A stretch of 64,000 nucleotides of DNA, taken from the NCBI GenBank assembly GCA_964106915.2, contig OZ066919.1; one strand, 5' to 3'. The stretch comes from Podarcis gaigeae (Eukaryota). A program made the translations under genes and the position numbers. The notes beneath the pieces were generated by a model. That model was not told the DNA's origin. It did not search any database and saw only the letters and a list, made by a program, of their open reading frames with translations. Shown piece after piece: positions 35,201 to 49,295 of the stretch. Position 1 is the stretch's first letter; every line of letters starts with the position of its first letter.

Positions 35201-36601
35201 CAGCTCCATGCTGCCACAATACCCCACCCCAACTTCTGTTGCAGCCACCATGCTCAACAATTAGGTGGATGGGGTGCTAGCTCTGCTTCTTCAATAATCC
35301 CCACCTGGTTAGGTGGTGTTGTAAATAACTCTGATGTAATTCTGCATACTGACTTATATACACACACTTTATCTCCCCATATTTATAGTTTTAAAAATCA
35401 GCTTATGTATGTAGTTTTGTCCAGCAATGCCCTTGTACATCCAGCTGCTACAATGCAAGTCCAATAGACTTAATTTGTAACTTAACACTTTTAAAGAAGA
35501 GGCACTTCTTAAGATAATTCTCCTGACTATTGACCTGAGCAGGTAATGCTACCCCTGCCAGCTTTAAGAAAATGGAATACCAGTAAGCATGATGCACTCC
35601 ATCACATAAACACTGACAGAGAAAACATATTTACTGGGAAGGGGTTGTGCAATTCCCAAGTCACATGTATGTACCATTCTGTATAAAAGGCTACAATGGA
35701 GACACTAGACAACTGTTGCACGATTATGGCCAGCTGATATATTTAAGTAAATTACAGCTAGTAGAAACTTGTACATTGTCTGTTAAGCATAGCCTTGCTA
35801 CACTTCTAGGTCATCATGTGAACAATTCCTGATAGGAAGAGTGAAAGAGTTTATTCATGGAAATTAGCATCCTCATAAAAAAACCACACCCTGCATGAAC
35901 ATTAACACCTTAATGTAACCAGACCAAAGGCCCATTGCACAAATGGTTTCCGTTGTCAGGATCCATTAGGTGCACCCCACCCCAAAACCTCTTAACCCCA
36001 TAAAGCTTTACATATGCCAGGGTAGGAAGGAGTTTGAAACAGACACTGGGGATGCACCACAAGCAGTAACGGCAACATCCCACCAATGGAAGCTATAGCT
36101 AATCTATCTAGGAGATGCTTACCTCATAGACTATGTAGAGCGACAGAGCTACCATGGAGGAGTTATAGACAATCATGAACTTCCTGAGGTTCAGAGGTTT
36201 CCGGTTGGCCATGATGCGTGGCCCCAATGACAGTACAAAGTAGATATAACCCAGCAAGATGCCCGTCATAGGAAAAGGTGAGCCCATAAGTGGATACGAA
36301 GAAATCCGTGGGTCTGAAGGGAAAAGTGAACTGTTCAGAGGTGTGCACTGTGCCCAACAACACTCCCTCTGTTATTTTATCAGCAGCCCTATGCATCTAG
36401 GGCAGGATAAGTTAAGTGTTTGAGTCACACCGGGACCCTCAAGCTTTTGTTACACCTGGGGCAGGGGAGGTAGCATCTGTAAGGCAGCCAGAAAGTTGAC
36501 TACTACTCTTCTTGAGGCCCCAGTGGGTCACTTTGGCTGAGTAAGCCAAACTCACCTGCTTTCTTTATGAAGTCTTGATACATGTTCACGAGTGAGTCCA
36601 T
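32272..36601 (-). CDS. ELOVL1: Very-long-chain fatty acid elongase 1, 7 coding exons, ~287 aa
   Basis: Minus-strand exons: 36556-36601 ([15 protein letters not shown]), 36123-36313 ([13 protein letters not shown]), 34319-34399, 34027-34083 (KYIELLDT), 33545-33650 (LHVFHH histidine box), 32795-32931, 32272-32517 (ends NGKAKAN*, a KxKxx ER-retrieval signal). Internal exon sizes 46/191/81/57/106/137 fit ELOVL1. Total 864 nt, tail-to-tail with CDC20. Confidence 0.97.
33408..33541. other. Assembly gap (N run) inside an ELOVL1 intron
   Basis: 134 N; the flanking exons 33545-33650 and 32795-32931 join in phase, so no coding exon is missing. Confidence 0.99.
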
Positions 36602-39494
36602 GGCAACAGTAGTTCAGCTGTTCTGCACAAGAAAGAAAGAGTGAGTCACACCAATGGTACTTGAATTATCTGCAGGTCCAGTCATACAATGCTTCTACAG
36701 CACTGCTCCCCATCCTGCACAGAACTGTCAACTATTTTAATGAAGTAAGCAATCCAATCACTTCCTCTCAGAATCTTCCAACTGCCAACTTGGCCCTCCT
36801 CATATGACCAGCTACAGAGCTGAAAAATGAGAGATCACATGATCCTAAACACTTCTTGCTATTAGGCAGTATGATTTTGGGAATTCTGTGCCTCTTGCCC
36901 ATCTGAGCTCTGCACAAAAAGCATTTGCAGCAAAATGCATGCCTATACAGATATAGGAATAAACTGTTTAATCAGGCACAAGCATCTCTCTATAACAACC
37001 ACTCTTCCCCATCCTACAATTGTAGTTTAGAATCACTCCAAGCACATGCTGTACAAGTCACAAGCACATCCCCAATAATGCTCTGCATGAACTGCAGCAC
37101 AATGCACCTCCCCCCACTCGGTGCAAAATGACAGGCAGCCCTGGATTACCCAAGAAAAAGAAAACGCCTTTTTCAAAATGTTCTTTCACCAGCAGGTACA
37201 GAACAAACCTTCTCTGAAGCCGTAGATTAGGAAAGCAACACACATGCCAACTAGACTCAAATGGTGAAGGCCAGTTCTGTCATAGAAGCCCTACTTGCCC
37301 AGCTTTTAAAAGATTTTAAGGAATTGGCTGGTTGTGCTGATTCACAGAACATCCTCTTGCTTCTGGCCCCATGTAAAAGATGCTTGATTCCTGCACCCCA
37401 AGATGGCTACAGGATATTTGCATGGCCAACAGCGCAGCCTCAGCAAAACCCATGTATCAGGTTGCAGAAGATCACATCTGTTATTTCAATTCAGGTCCAC
37501 TAACACATATGCACACACAAACCTTGTTGCCCCTAAAGTCTGGAGTAGGTTCAAAGACAGCAAGGAAAGTTTAATGGTCTAACTAGAGAAGCTCTAAAAA
37601 GTTGAAAGTAGTACAACTGATTGTATGAAAAAAAGAAGGTGATTGCCAAGAACAACTGTCCATGGCATAAGGTCAGTTGCCTGCATCATACAAGGGACTG
37701 CAAATTGGAGAGTTCAAAGAACAATTTAAAATAAAAGTGAATAAAGAATAAAAGAAACAAATGTAGGATTATCAAACAGCAATAGCACCTAGAGATTTTT
37801 AAAGGTTTTCATTAGAACTTCAGGCTCACTCTTCGCTTTGATGTACCCCCACCAAAGAGGAAAAGAAAGGTTGAATTTTGCCTCATGAAATTCCATTAGA
37901 CCCTCTGATCTGCTTATTAGACCCCTATAACCATACAAAATCCAGATTCTACATATCATAATCACTGCAGGATTATTACTGTCAAAGCTTGGGAAAATAC
38001 CCATAAACCAAGTGAACAATCTATTGTTAGAAAGATATATGAATAGTTAAGACTGATTAAATTAACAATAATTGTAAAGACTTCCTTCTCTATTGCAAAG
38101 GAGGTCTGCAGACAGAGGGGGAGGTTCCTCACCAGTGTAGTGTGGCACAGCTCCACTACCATTCCACGAGTAGGAAGGTCAGAAATTAGGGGGCGGGGGG
38201 GGAGTTGGGGAGAGACTTCAGACACCGAATCCCAGGCCCTCTCATTTCCCTGATGTAAAGCCAGAGTTACCTCAGCTTCTCCCATTGAAGTCAATAGGGA
38301 GAGAAAAGTAATCAAGAGCTCCTCCCACCCCACTTTCCACAGTGTTCGTAGTAAGCTGTCAGGGAATTAAAGGCAATAGTTTTTCCACCATGGACTCCCC
38401 ACCCTGCCTAACAGAATGAGTGTATAAAGAAGTCAACTTATAAGCAGAATAAATGGAAAAGTTAACCCAGGAAGGGCAGTAGCCAACCAGGAACACTCAT
38501 GTTTACAAGGGGATCATAATAATTTATTTGTTTGTTTAGTCAAATATAAAATGATTGAATGACGCTAGATTTGATTAATCATTTCTAGCCACATTTTCCT
38601 ATAGTTTCCAAGTTACACCCACAGATGTTCAAGCAGCTAGGGTTCGGTATCTTTTGCTTCTTCAATCCTATACAAATAGTCCAACCAAAGACTCAGGGGG
38701 CAAGAAGCAAGTGCTGCAGGAAGTCCAAAAGATACTGACAAGCCTCATAAGCGGGGTCAATAAATTAAGAAAAACTCTAATCAGGTCCTGAAAAATATGT
38801 CTCTCTCCCACTTTGCCAACTGACCCAAGTTTGAAAGGTGCTACGAAGGCCTAACACATGCCTGGTAAAACCTAGCTAATCCCCATAATCTTACTAGGTT
38901 TACCAAGAGTAAGCCCCAGACACTGGCTGCTAGTGCAGGAAGAGGGAAATAGTACTAAAGTGCACAAAACCCCATCATACAACAGGCATAGCAAGGGAAT
39001 TAGGGATAACAACATTCTGAGGTAGCTGACCCATTGTTCCTTGCAGAAGCTGAGAGCTAGTGAGCAGGAAAAGCCCAGAGGTAAGAGAAACACATCCCAA
39101 CAAGCCACAGATTCTACTCTTCACTCCCCTTAAATTGGGAAATCAACCAGGAAGATGAAAGAAAAGCCCTTAATTGAAGCACAGGTAGAAGAATTGTGGT
39201 AAGCAAACCATGCCTGATATTGGTAGTTGTTCTTTCCAATCTCCAACATGATAGTTGAGAAGACACTCTAATAGCTGGAAAACATAGCCAGAGAGGATGG
39301 ACAAGGAGTTGCAGAGGTGCTTAAGGGGCATTTCTGAATATATTACCCTTACACATCATCTACATGGTTACAATTCAGCACAACCACCTTTATGAGAACC
39401 AGGAAGTTCACAGAGCAAAAAGGTCCTGTAGAATATGACTCTTGCCTAGGCAATCTAAGCATTCCTCTCAGCACCTGAAGCACACCTCTCAGTA

Positions 39495-39720
39495 CAGTGG
39501 TACCTCGGGTTAAGAACTTAATTCGTTCTGGAGGTCCGTTCTTAACCTGAAACTGTTCTTAACCTGAGGTACCACTTTAGCTAATGGGGCCTTCCGCTGC
39601 TGCTGCGCCACCCCTGCACGATTTCTGTTCTCACCCTTAAGCAAAATTCTTAACCTGAGGTACTATTTCTGGGTTAGCGGAGTCTGTAACCTGAAGCGTC
39701 TGTAACTCAAGGTACCACTG
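39495..39720. mobile_element. pogo/Tigger-like MITE, family A (opposite orientation)
   Basis: Same TIRs; body is the reverse complement of 19842-20053. Confidence 0.88.
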
Positions 39721-40240
39721 GTATTTCCCAGAGACAGGAGGTCACAACAACTTTCCAGGCACAGTATATGGGCATTCCAAACTATAATCATTTAAAGCAT
39801 TCCTCTCTCCACAGAGGCTTGCATATGACTGTGATAAGGCAGACTCTGCCCCCAGGCATACAATCCAAAAGAAGTTGTGACACTAAAGGCTCACCCAGGG
39901 CAGGATGATTTGAACATATTACGCCAATCCTGGCATGACTGCACAGGCTGCCAGTGAGTTTCCAGGCCCAGTTTCCAGTGAGTTTGAAAGTGCTGTTTTT
40001 GACCTACAGTATAAAGTCTTAAACGGTTCAGGACATCAATGCCTCTACAACTGCCTCTCTCTATATGAACTCACCCAGACCCTGAGATCATAATTCAGGG
40101 CCCTTCTTTGTGTGCCTACTCCATGAGAGGTCCGGAGGGAGGCAACATAGACCTTTTCTGCAGTGACTCTCCCATCTGTGGAATATTCTCCCAAGGAAAA
40201 GCATTCCTCTTCTCCCAGTTCTTTGACTAATTAAATTATA

Positions 40241-40479
40241 CAGTCATACCTCAGGTTACAGACGCTTCAGGTCACGCTTTTTCGGGTTATGGACCGCCGA
40301 AACCCAGAAGTACTGGAATGGGTTACTTCCAGGTTATGGCAGTCGCGCATGCGCAGAAGCGCTAAATTGTGTTTTGCACATGCGGAGAAGCACCAAATTG
40401 CAACCCGTGTGCACGCAGACGCACCACTGTGGGTTGCGGACGCTGCGGGTTGCGAATGTGCATCCCACACGGATCACTG
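40241..40479. mobile_element. pogo/Tigger-like MITE nested in an L2 3' fragment (~39960-40615)
   Basis: TA|CAGT...ACTG|TA ends; shares GCTTCAGG and AACCCAGAAGT blocks with the other MITEs; L2-like 3' sequence on both sides. Confidence 0.75.
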
Positions 40480-40935
40480 TATAAGGCCTTTTAAACTATG
40501 GGGGCAGGGTTATTGTTTTTGTTTGTTACTATGTTACGTATTTTTCTGTTTTTATATTGTAAACTGCCCTGTGATTCTCTGAAGAAGGGTGGTATAGAAA
40601 TTTAATAAATAAATGAAGAGAGACTAGAAGAGAAGAGATGAAAAATTCAAGCACCACTTCTTAGTTTTTTTAATTACCAGTAAGAATGGAAAGCTTTCAA
40701 GAGGAGGAACCAAACACTGCTTATATCTCAGTAGTGAATGAAGAGACCCTGAAGTACCTTTTAACTTTCTCTCCTTGATGAAATGGGGACTGCTCATTAA
40801 TAAGTTAAAATAGCTAGATTTTCCTATGCCTTGATGATTGTATGATTGAAGGTTAAGTCCCAAGTCTGGCAGGTCCTAAGCATGGCACCAAGGCTTGCCA
40901 AATCAGCAATGCACAGAGATGATGCAGGAATTGCT

Positions 40936-40938
<3 letters not shown>

Positions 40939-40984
<46 letters not shown>

Positions 40985-41447
40985 TCTTTATTGTCATTGC
41001 CCCCTCTCAGGGACAACGAAATTACTTGGCTGCTCCATCCACCCAGATAGGGCACTCCACTTAAAATCAAAACAACTATAAAAACACTAATTAAAACAAT
41101 ATAATATAATACAGCAAGGAAGATTAGATGACTTCAAAGTCCAGGTTTCCCATTCAGGGCCGAGATCGCTCTGGAGAAGAAGCTGTTCTTGAGACGGCTC
41201 GTTCTTGTCATCATCGTCCTGTATCTCCGTCCCGACGGCAGGAGCTCGAAGAGACAGTGACCAGGATGCGATGAATCTTTTACTATGTCCAGTGCCTTCC
41301 TATGGCACCTTGTGGCATAAATCTGCTCTAAGGTGGAGAGTGGGCAGCCAACAATGCTCTCTGCTGCCTTAACAACTCTGCACAACACCATCCTGTCCTG
41401 GGTAGTGCAGCTTCCGTACCACACACATAAGCCATAAGTGAGCACGC
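40939..41447 (-). mobile_element. Rex1/Babar-like LINE 3' end with (TTA)n tail
   Basis: ORF 41134-41445 ...VWYGSCT...HPGHCLFELLPSGRRYR...TSRLKNSFF is the typical Rex-clade RT C-terminus; (AAT)15 at 40939-40983 is the tail. Confidence 0.82.
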
Positions 41448-42847
41448 TCTTCCTCTATCCTGTATTGGCCCAACCTGCTCAGCCTGTTTGGGAAAAGGAG
41501 TGAATTCAGCTCGGCACCCGCTCACACAGCAGCAGCCCAGCCCCACTGTAGCCTTAAGAGCAACTGTTTTGTATAGTCAGACAGAAAATACAGCACAGTC
41601 TTCCTTATCCCTTGAGTAAATGGGAAAATGCAGGGGGGACTGCAAAAATCTCAGAAACCTGTTACCATACAAAATATGACCATATTGTATTGTCCAAGTA
41701 CCATCCACCTCTGTCCACTACATAACAAAGTTATCAGGTCAGACTGGAAGGACAGCCAAGGTAGGAATCTGCCCCAACTGCATTCTGGCAGGTTGCTGTG
41801 AGGGGTCTTAAAACAGATTCCCAACCAGGGCCTGGGGGAGAGAAGTGCTTCAGTTGAGATAATCCTCCTACTCAGTAAAAAAAAACCACGAGGTTCTCAA
41901 AAAATCAAAAAACAAAGCAAGTGAGATGATCAAAGAGCAAGGGTCAGGACACCATCAAGGAGGATGGGAATCATCCCTCTGAGCTGTGACTACAAATGAA
42001 AGGGATCATGGCTATAATTTAACAGGAATTATATCCACCATGTGCTTCCCAGTGGGAATCCATAGAGATTAACTAGACACACACATTGTGATTAAGTTCA
42101 TTTGTGTCTCTACTTGTACTGCTGCAAATTTTCGTATGTGGATTCCAGCTCCACCCACCTCTGCAAACAGGGGCCTGGCAACTCTCTGATACATCCTGTC
42201 AGGCCCATAGCTTTGTTGCATCTCCAACCCACAGACATTCCATAGCCAACAACACAAAGCCCTGCACCCACATTAGTGTCTTGTATAGAAGTGTTGTGCC
42301 TGGTACTGCCACCCACATGGGAGCAGGGAGGAATCTCTCAATAGCATATTGATGCAGAGATGGGGGAGGGAACTGGAATGCTCCTATGATTGGCCTGCCA
42401 AGGGGCTGCACAAATATCCAGAGCAATAGGGAAAAGGCAGCCCTGGAAAAGCAACACTGACACAGAGAGTTGTCAAAAGCCCACATATTACTCCTATAAA
42501 TCCTAATGATCAATCTGGTCACTAAACACACATCTGCCATTGAACAAGCCCAATCATATATCCCAAAGGCTGATACCTCTGTTTAATAGCAAGGCATTTC
42601 TTAGAATAAGCCCTTAAGAGACTTCCCTTAGTTCTCTAACGTGTTGCAGGCTGTGTTAAAAATCCAAACAGGCTATAGAAAGGGGCCACAACAGGTCCAG
42701 ACAGCCATAGTAAACTAAAAAAATACTTTAAGGACAAAAGATAACTGCAGTGGCCATTTGGGAGGCCTGAAGGTTGCAAGGCAGGAGTATGTGTGGCTCA
42801 GTTGTCTATTCAAGCCCCATGCCCCTTTGAGATTTAACATGCCACTA

Positions 42848-43066
42848 CAGTGGACCCTCTGGATATGAATTTAATTTGTTCCGGGGGTCCGTGCGCACCC
42901 CGAAAAATCCATATCCAGAGGCGCCGCTTCTGCGCACACGCGCAACGCAACAGAGCACTTCTGCACATGCTTGAGCGGCGAAACCCGGAAAAATACTTCC
43001 AGATTTGCCGCTTTCGCAACCTGAAGTTTATGTTGCTCAAGAGTAACATAACCCAAGGGTCTACTG
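42848..43066. mobile_element. pogo/Tigger-like MITE, family B
   Basis: TA|CAGTGGACCCT...AGGGTCTACTG|TA; reverse-complement relative at 47576-47790. Confidence 0.85.
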
Positions 43067-45365
43067 TACTTATTAGCAAGACATGGCTCCCCACTATGTA
43101 CACCAAAGGAGGCAGACAAACCCTATGACATTGGAAATATACACCTCCTTAAGCAGCTATCTGGCTCATATTAGTGGTTCCCAGATAGACACACTCAGGA
43201 ACCAAGCCTACAAAAATTTATTTACGATGGAGACAGAAATGCATTTACTGAAAACTTTCCAGACCCCAATTTCTCATACAACTCTCCCAATCTTCTTATT
43301 ACTCTGAAAAACCCCCAACAGATTTACATCCCAAGGCTCAGGAGGTCATCCTAACCTCAAAATGTAACATATCCTATAGGAATCTTGAACTAAAATTAAA
43401 ATTGATATATTTACTAAATAAATCAAAATTACTTCCAATGGAGGCCACCATTCAGCACTCCTGGGTCACGCCATGCATTTCTCCTTCACCATTTTCAGGC
43501 ATGACTTTCCCTCTCCAGCCTGGTCATTATAATTTTGGCTAGTATTCACAGCCTTTTAGGAATAGGATACTATTATTTTGTATTCTCCAACTCAAGTGAA
43601 AAGTTGCAAGGTCACACCTAAAGGAAAGTTATTGTTCTCATCAATTATCAGGGGGAATTCCCAAGCACAAACAGGAATAAGTAGCATTGGCTCTACCAGC
43701 AGAAGCCAATCAAGGTTGCTTTCACCTCAAGAGTCCTAGATAGCTACGGTACCTCCACCTTGATATGGCAGCCACTTGTAACTATACTCTCTCTCCTCCT
43801 CCCAGCTAGAACTCATGGACAATGTCAATAATTAAAGTCACATGCGTTTCCTGGGTGATAATCCAGGCTTGGTTTAGACAGAGATCCTGCCTGCCCTAAG
43901 GCAAAATTATTCAGAGAAACTAACTGCTGCTGAGCAGTTCAAACTCTTATAGCCTTGAGAGCCAAGCTGTATGTAAATAAGCCTCTCTACTTCATGTTTC
44001 AGATAAGGAGCGAGAACAGGCAAATGCCACAAAACATGCCTCTTTCCCTCCATACACAAATATCCATTATGGAAGGGATGGGGAATCTGAGGTCCTCCAG
44101 TGCTGCAGTAGGAAACAGACTAGCTAGAATACTGTAGGCAGATGAAAGTTAACACACATCCAAAGTCAAACTCATTATAGACCCATGACTCAGGGATAGC
44201 CTCTGATGGGATGATCTTGTAACATGAATCATCCATGAGTCTGCTTGATGAGAATGCATGATCATGGTAACCAGGCCCCAAAGCCACATATTAAGATTGC
44301 CATATGTCCTCTTTTTCCAGGACACATACTCTTTTATGTGTATGTAAAATGAGAGCCATCATAGCGATCGATAGTTAAAAGTAGAAGTCAGTAATGTGTC
44401 CCCTTTTTTGATCTTCAAAATATGGCAAGCCTAATAGCAGACTGGAGAGAGAAAAATCCCAGCCATCAATAAATTTTACACTAGCACAGAGAAAATATAT
44501 TTTCGAGTCCTGCTTCCTAGTGTCCCCAGTCATGTTATGTTTCTTCTAGATAGCAATGCAGACATGGGCAGTAGCAAGACTGGCCCTAGACCAAATGGCA
44601 CTACAGGAGCAACTCTGGCTCCTTTCCTCCTTATTCATTCATACCTTACTATTGCATATGTAGCTCATTTCATGACTTTATAGTATACTTTACATGCATA
44701 AATTAGTCTCTAAAAAGATGCTAGAATCTGTAAATCATATTCATGTTATATGAAACATTTACTATTTGTTTCAGCCAGTGTTAAAAACTAAAGATATATA
44801 AGCTAGGTGCCAAATGGCTCCTTAAACCAAGCTTGCAACTGCCAAAATGGAATGTCTAGTTGCCATTTTGGGGCAAGAAGGCTCTAAAGTCTTATTTTTC
44901 AAACAATGGACTGACTGTGATTGGTTCTTAAAGAAAAGTCACTTGATCCAGGGACAGTCCACATATATTGGCCTATTCCAAGTTCTTTTTCTTAATGGTG
45001 ACTGCTTCTGCTCAGGCTGCACAGAAAAAGCATTTGGTTCCAGAAACTCATTCCGATTGTGCAGATAAAATGTAACTGATAGAATTCTAAAGGGGGGGGG
45101 TATTAGTGTGTGAAATAGTGTGAGAAGTCCAGATCCAATGATTCCCCAGGCATGCACCTCCAGATGGTGATGTCAGGTGTCACAGAAGGGTGGGAAAGCT
45201 TCAGCTGCCCACTACTTTCTCTCCAAGTCCATTGCCACGGTGGGAGGAGGGAGGTATTTCAAAATCAAAGGAGCACCTAAGTCAGGCATAGGCAAACTTG
45301 GCCCTCCAGATGTTTTGGGACTACAACTCCCATCATCCCTGATCTAACTGCACCACCACTATATA

Positions 45366-46194
45366 CAGGTGAAACTCGGAAAATTAGAATATTGTGGAAA
45401 AGTTCATTTATTTCAGTAATTCAACTTAAAAGGTGAAACTAATATATGAGATAGACTCATGACATGCAAAGCGAGATATGTCAAGCCTTTATTTTTTATA
45501 CTTGTGATGTTTATACTTTATTTTTTATACTTGTGATGTTTACATCTGATGAAAACCCCAAATTAACAATCTCAGAAAATTAGAATATTAAATGAAATCA
45601 GCAAAACAAGGACTGCAAATAGAGCAATATTGGACCTCTGAGAAGTAGAAGCATGCATATGTACTCAGTACTTGGTTTGGGCCCCTTTTGCATCAATTAC
45701 TGCCTCAATGCGGCGTGGCATGGATGCTATCAGCCTGTGGCACTGCTGAGGTGTTATAGAAGACCAGGAAGCTTCAATAGCAGCCTTCAGCTCTTCTGCA
45801 TTGCTCGGTCTCATGTCTCTCATCTTTCTCTTGGCAATGCCCCATAGATTCTCTATGGGATTCAGGTCAGGCAAGTTTGCTGGCCAATCAAGCACAGTAA
45901 TCCCATGGGATTGTAATCAACATGGGTGTTGATCCACTGTGCTTCATTAAGTCCAGGGTTAACGTAGCCATCTACCAGGAGATTTTTGGAGCCACAGGCT
46001 GATAGCATCTATGCCACACCGCATTGAGGCAGTAATTGATGTATGCCATAAACATCAAGTATAACAAACAAAGGCTTGACATATCTCGCTTTGCATGTCA
46101 TGAGTCTATCTCATATATTAGTTTCACCTTTTAAGTTGAATTACTGAAATAAATGAACTTTTCCACAATATTCTAATTTTCCGAGTTTCACCTG
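45366..46194. mobile_element. Internally deleted and rearranged Tc1 transposon
   Basis: TA|CAGGTGAAACTCGG...CCGAGTTTCACCTG|TA with ~125-bp perfect TIRs; transposase C-terminus WPANLPDLNPIENLW...MPRRIEAVIDAKGAQTKY at 45665-45895 (-). Confidence 0.95.
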
Positions 46195-46688
46195 TATACT
46201 GCTACTTTAATTTTATATACATAATTTTACCCACCCAGCCTCAATTTAATCAGTTTCACCAGAGACTGCAGGTAGGGTGGGGACAGCAAATGGTGGCGGC
46301 CAAGTTAGATTGATACCTATGTGGTTGTGATTAATGGTACTAAACATTAGATGAACCAGGGAAAGATTTGTGAATAATAATTATTTTAAATGCAAGCTTG
46401 ATTTTGATTTAACTTCTCTTCCCAGCAGCAAAATTTGTTAATAAGGCGCCCTGAGCAAGGACAAAATTTGGTCCCCCCACCCCATATTTCATATTTTCAC
46501 AATAATTCCTTCTAGTACTTTTTAATGAATCTTCTCAGTTAAATACCCATATAAATAAATGTATTGCTATTAATATTATATTGTGCCCCCCTTAGCTTGG
46601 TGACTTGTGCAGGGGAACTACATGCACTACTCTAAATCCAGTGCAGCTCTTTCCACAGAATTGGAGTTACGTTTCTCTGACCCAAGTA

Positions 46689-46919
46689 CAGTGGTACCTC
46701 TAATTATGAACTTAATTCGTTCCGGAGGTCCGTTCTTAACCTGAAACCGTTCTTAACCTGAGGTACCACTTTAGCTAATGGGGCCTCCCGCTGCCACTGC
46801 ACGATTTCTGTTCTGATCCTAAGGTAAAGTTCTTCACCCGATGTACTACTTCCGGGTTAACAGAGTCTGTAACCCAAAGTCTTTGTAACCCGAGATGTTT
46901 GTAACCCAAGGTACTACTG
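46689..46919. mobile_element. pogo/Tigger-like MITE, family A-related
   Basis: TA|CAGTGGTACCT...AGGTACTACTG|TA. Confidence 0.85.
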
Positions 46920-47575
46920 TAAGGTGTTGGTCCAGCATGGAAGTGTGCCAGTAACAGCAGCATTTCCCACAAGTACATTCCATGCACTCACCTAGAACAC
47001 TGAAGACAGGCAAGGCAGAAAGCCAATAAGGAAATAATCGCCACGTCTGGAAGGAAGCTGCTACAGACATGTAGAGATAAAACCTATACCATACATGCAA
47101 CACCAAACCAGCCTAGCTATGTAGCTAGCTGTGTTCTATTGTGAATCAGGGTGAGTGGCAGAAAGTCTAGTAACCCAAAAGAGATAGCATATTCAGTGTG
47201 ACATTTATAAGTATACAGCACGTCATAATAAAGTCAATGGTAGGGTTAATATTACTGCACTTTGGATTTAGACATATTGTCTCTAATTGGCCTGGTGCAG
47301 TTACTGATATAATCACATTTTCATTTTTCTCAACAAATTAGGAAGAGGTGCTCCTTTAAGTCTTTAAATTCTGGCAGGTCATTACAAGAATTCTTTAACT
47401 AAGAAACACTGCCCAATTTTTAAATTTTTGCTGCTCCCTCCTTGTTTCTTTTAGATTGTAAGTCTGAGGGCAGAGACTGTTTTGTCACTTCTAAACTACT
47501 ATCCATGGAGTCTTTTTTTATTACTAAAATGCAATATAAGAATGCTTTACATAAATAATTACTATCTACATAGTA

Positions 47576-47790
47576 CAGTGGACCCTCAGATTACGTTACT
47601 TTTGGGTAACATAACTTTCGGGTTGTGAACGCAGCAAACCCAGAAGTGTATACTTCCGGGTTTCGCCTCGCATGTATGCGCAGAAGCACTCCGCGTGCCT
47701 TGCACACAAGCACACAATTGCGTTGCGTGTGTTTTCGGGGTGCGAACGGACCTCCAGAACGAATTAAGTTTGTATCCGGAGGATCCACTG
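47576..47790. mobile_element. pogo/Tigger-like MITE, family B
   Basis: TA|CAGTGGACCCTC...GAGGATCCACTG|TA. Confidence 0.85.
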
Positions 47791-47995
47791 TAGTTCTAAC
47801 TTTACATAATTTCTATTCTAAATATGCAAGATCTGACCAAGCCTTTGGAGCTGATGTGGCATTTATCTCTGGTCTCACCCATAGGTTTCCTGGAAGTTGC
47901 CAATGCCATGGCAGCATTTTAACCCTACACAGCCAGAAACAAACCTAGAATCATATAACTGAAGAGTTGGAAGGTACAGCAAGCGTCATCTAGTC

Positions 47996-48131
47996 CAGGC
48001 ATAGGCAAACCTGGCCCTCCAGATGCTTTGGGACTACAACTCCCATTATCCCTAGCTAACAGAACCAGTGGTCAGGGATGATGGGAGTTGTAGTCCGAAA
48101 GCATCTGGAGGGCCGAGTTTGCCTATGCCTG
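47996..48131. mobile_element. Palindromic hAT MITE nested in a CR1 3' end
   Basis: CAGGCATAGGCAAAC...GTTTGCCTATGCCTG; degenerate 8-bp TSD ATCTAGTC/TTCTGGTC; interrupts TAGAATCAT...GTCATCTAGTC|CAACCC. Confidence 0.85.
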
Positions 48132-48694
48132 TTCTGGTCCAACCCTTTGTGTTGCAGGAACAGAGTTTGGGCTCACAGGTAGGGTTTGAAGTAAGCTCTT
48201 CTCCCACCAACAGCCTCCCAGAGGTGTTGGGAAGGGCTGTAGGTCAATGGTATTGAGCAACTGCTTTGCATGCCAACTCCACCCGAGTGGTTCAAATCTC
48301 TACTCACTTCACTGGGTACCATTGGGCGAGTCACCATCTCTTAGCCTAACCAACCCTGCAGGGTTTTGTGAGAGTTAAAATGAGGACTATGCATACCACC
48401 TTGAGCTCCTCAGAGGAAAAGGTGGGCTATAAATCAATAAAATTAGAAAGTGTTGATGCTGCACCCACCTGTCTCATTCATACAGCACATTGTTCAAATG
48501 TGCCCATGAAACAATCTAGGGTGCCCACCTAAATCAGTGTCTTGAGTAAAGGTGTCCTGCGTGGCAAGCAAGTGGATGCCTCAGAATTGCTGCAGGCCAC
48601 TAAGTTTACCAGCCAGTGTGTATGCATTTTATGAAATAATTAAAGGGGGGGGGGGACTGCTAGGAGGTTTTGGAGGATTAGAAGGAAAAAAATA

Positions 48695-48875
48695 CATAGG
48701 ATGCTTCCTCCTGAGTCAGACTACTGGTCCATCTAGCTCAGTACTGTCTACACTGACTGGCAGCAGCTCCTCAAGGTTTCAGATAGGGGCCTACCAGGAG
48801 ATGCTGCCAGAGGTTGAATCTGGGACCTTCTGCATGCAAAGCAGATGCTCTCCCACTGAGCTATGGCCCCTCCCT
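48695..48875 (-). mobile_element. tRNA-derived squamate SINE (Squam3-like)
   Basis: Minus strand reads GGGGCCATAGCTCAGTGGGAGAGCATCTGCTTTGCATGCAGAAGGTCCCAGATTCAA; decayed relatives at ~19735-19840, ~28500-28620 and ~49750-49890. Confidence 0.65.
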
Positions 48876-49295
48876 TAAAAATAATGCAAGATGTTGGTTC
48901 TCATGGCTTTTAATTAAAGGCTGATTTAAATAGGGACACAGAAAGCTGCCTAATGCCTTATATATAGGATGAGCTCTACTGAGTCAGACACATCGATCCA
49001 TCTAGCTCAGGAGTGTCAACACTGACAGGCAGCAATGGCTCTCAGGCAAGGAGGGCAACACCTCTAGCCCTACCTGGACTGAACTTGGCACCATCTGGAA
49101 GCAGCTACTCTGCCAGGGAGCAACTTCCCTTCCCAAAAAACCAAAGCTCCACCAGACAGGGAGAGAACAGACATCCTAGCAGGGCTCAGCAGTTCTCCTG
49201 GATGGGGGCAAGACATGGTGAAGAGGGTGGCCTAATGATGACACCTTTCTCTTCCAATTAGTATACAGGGTCTCCAACACCAGGCAGGGCTTATA

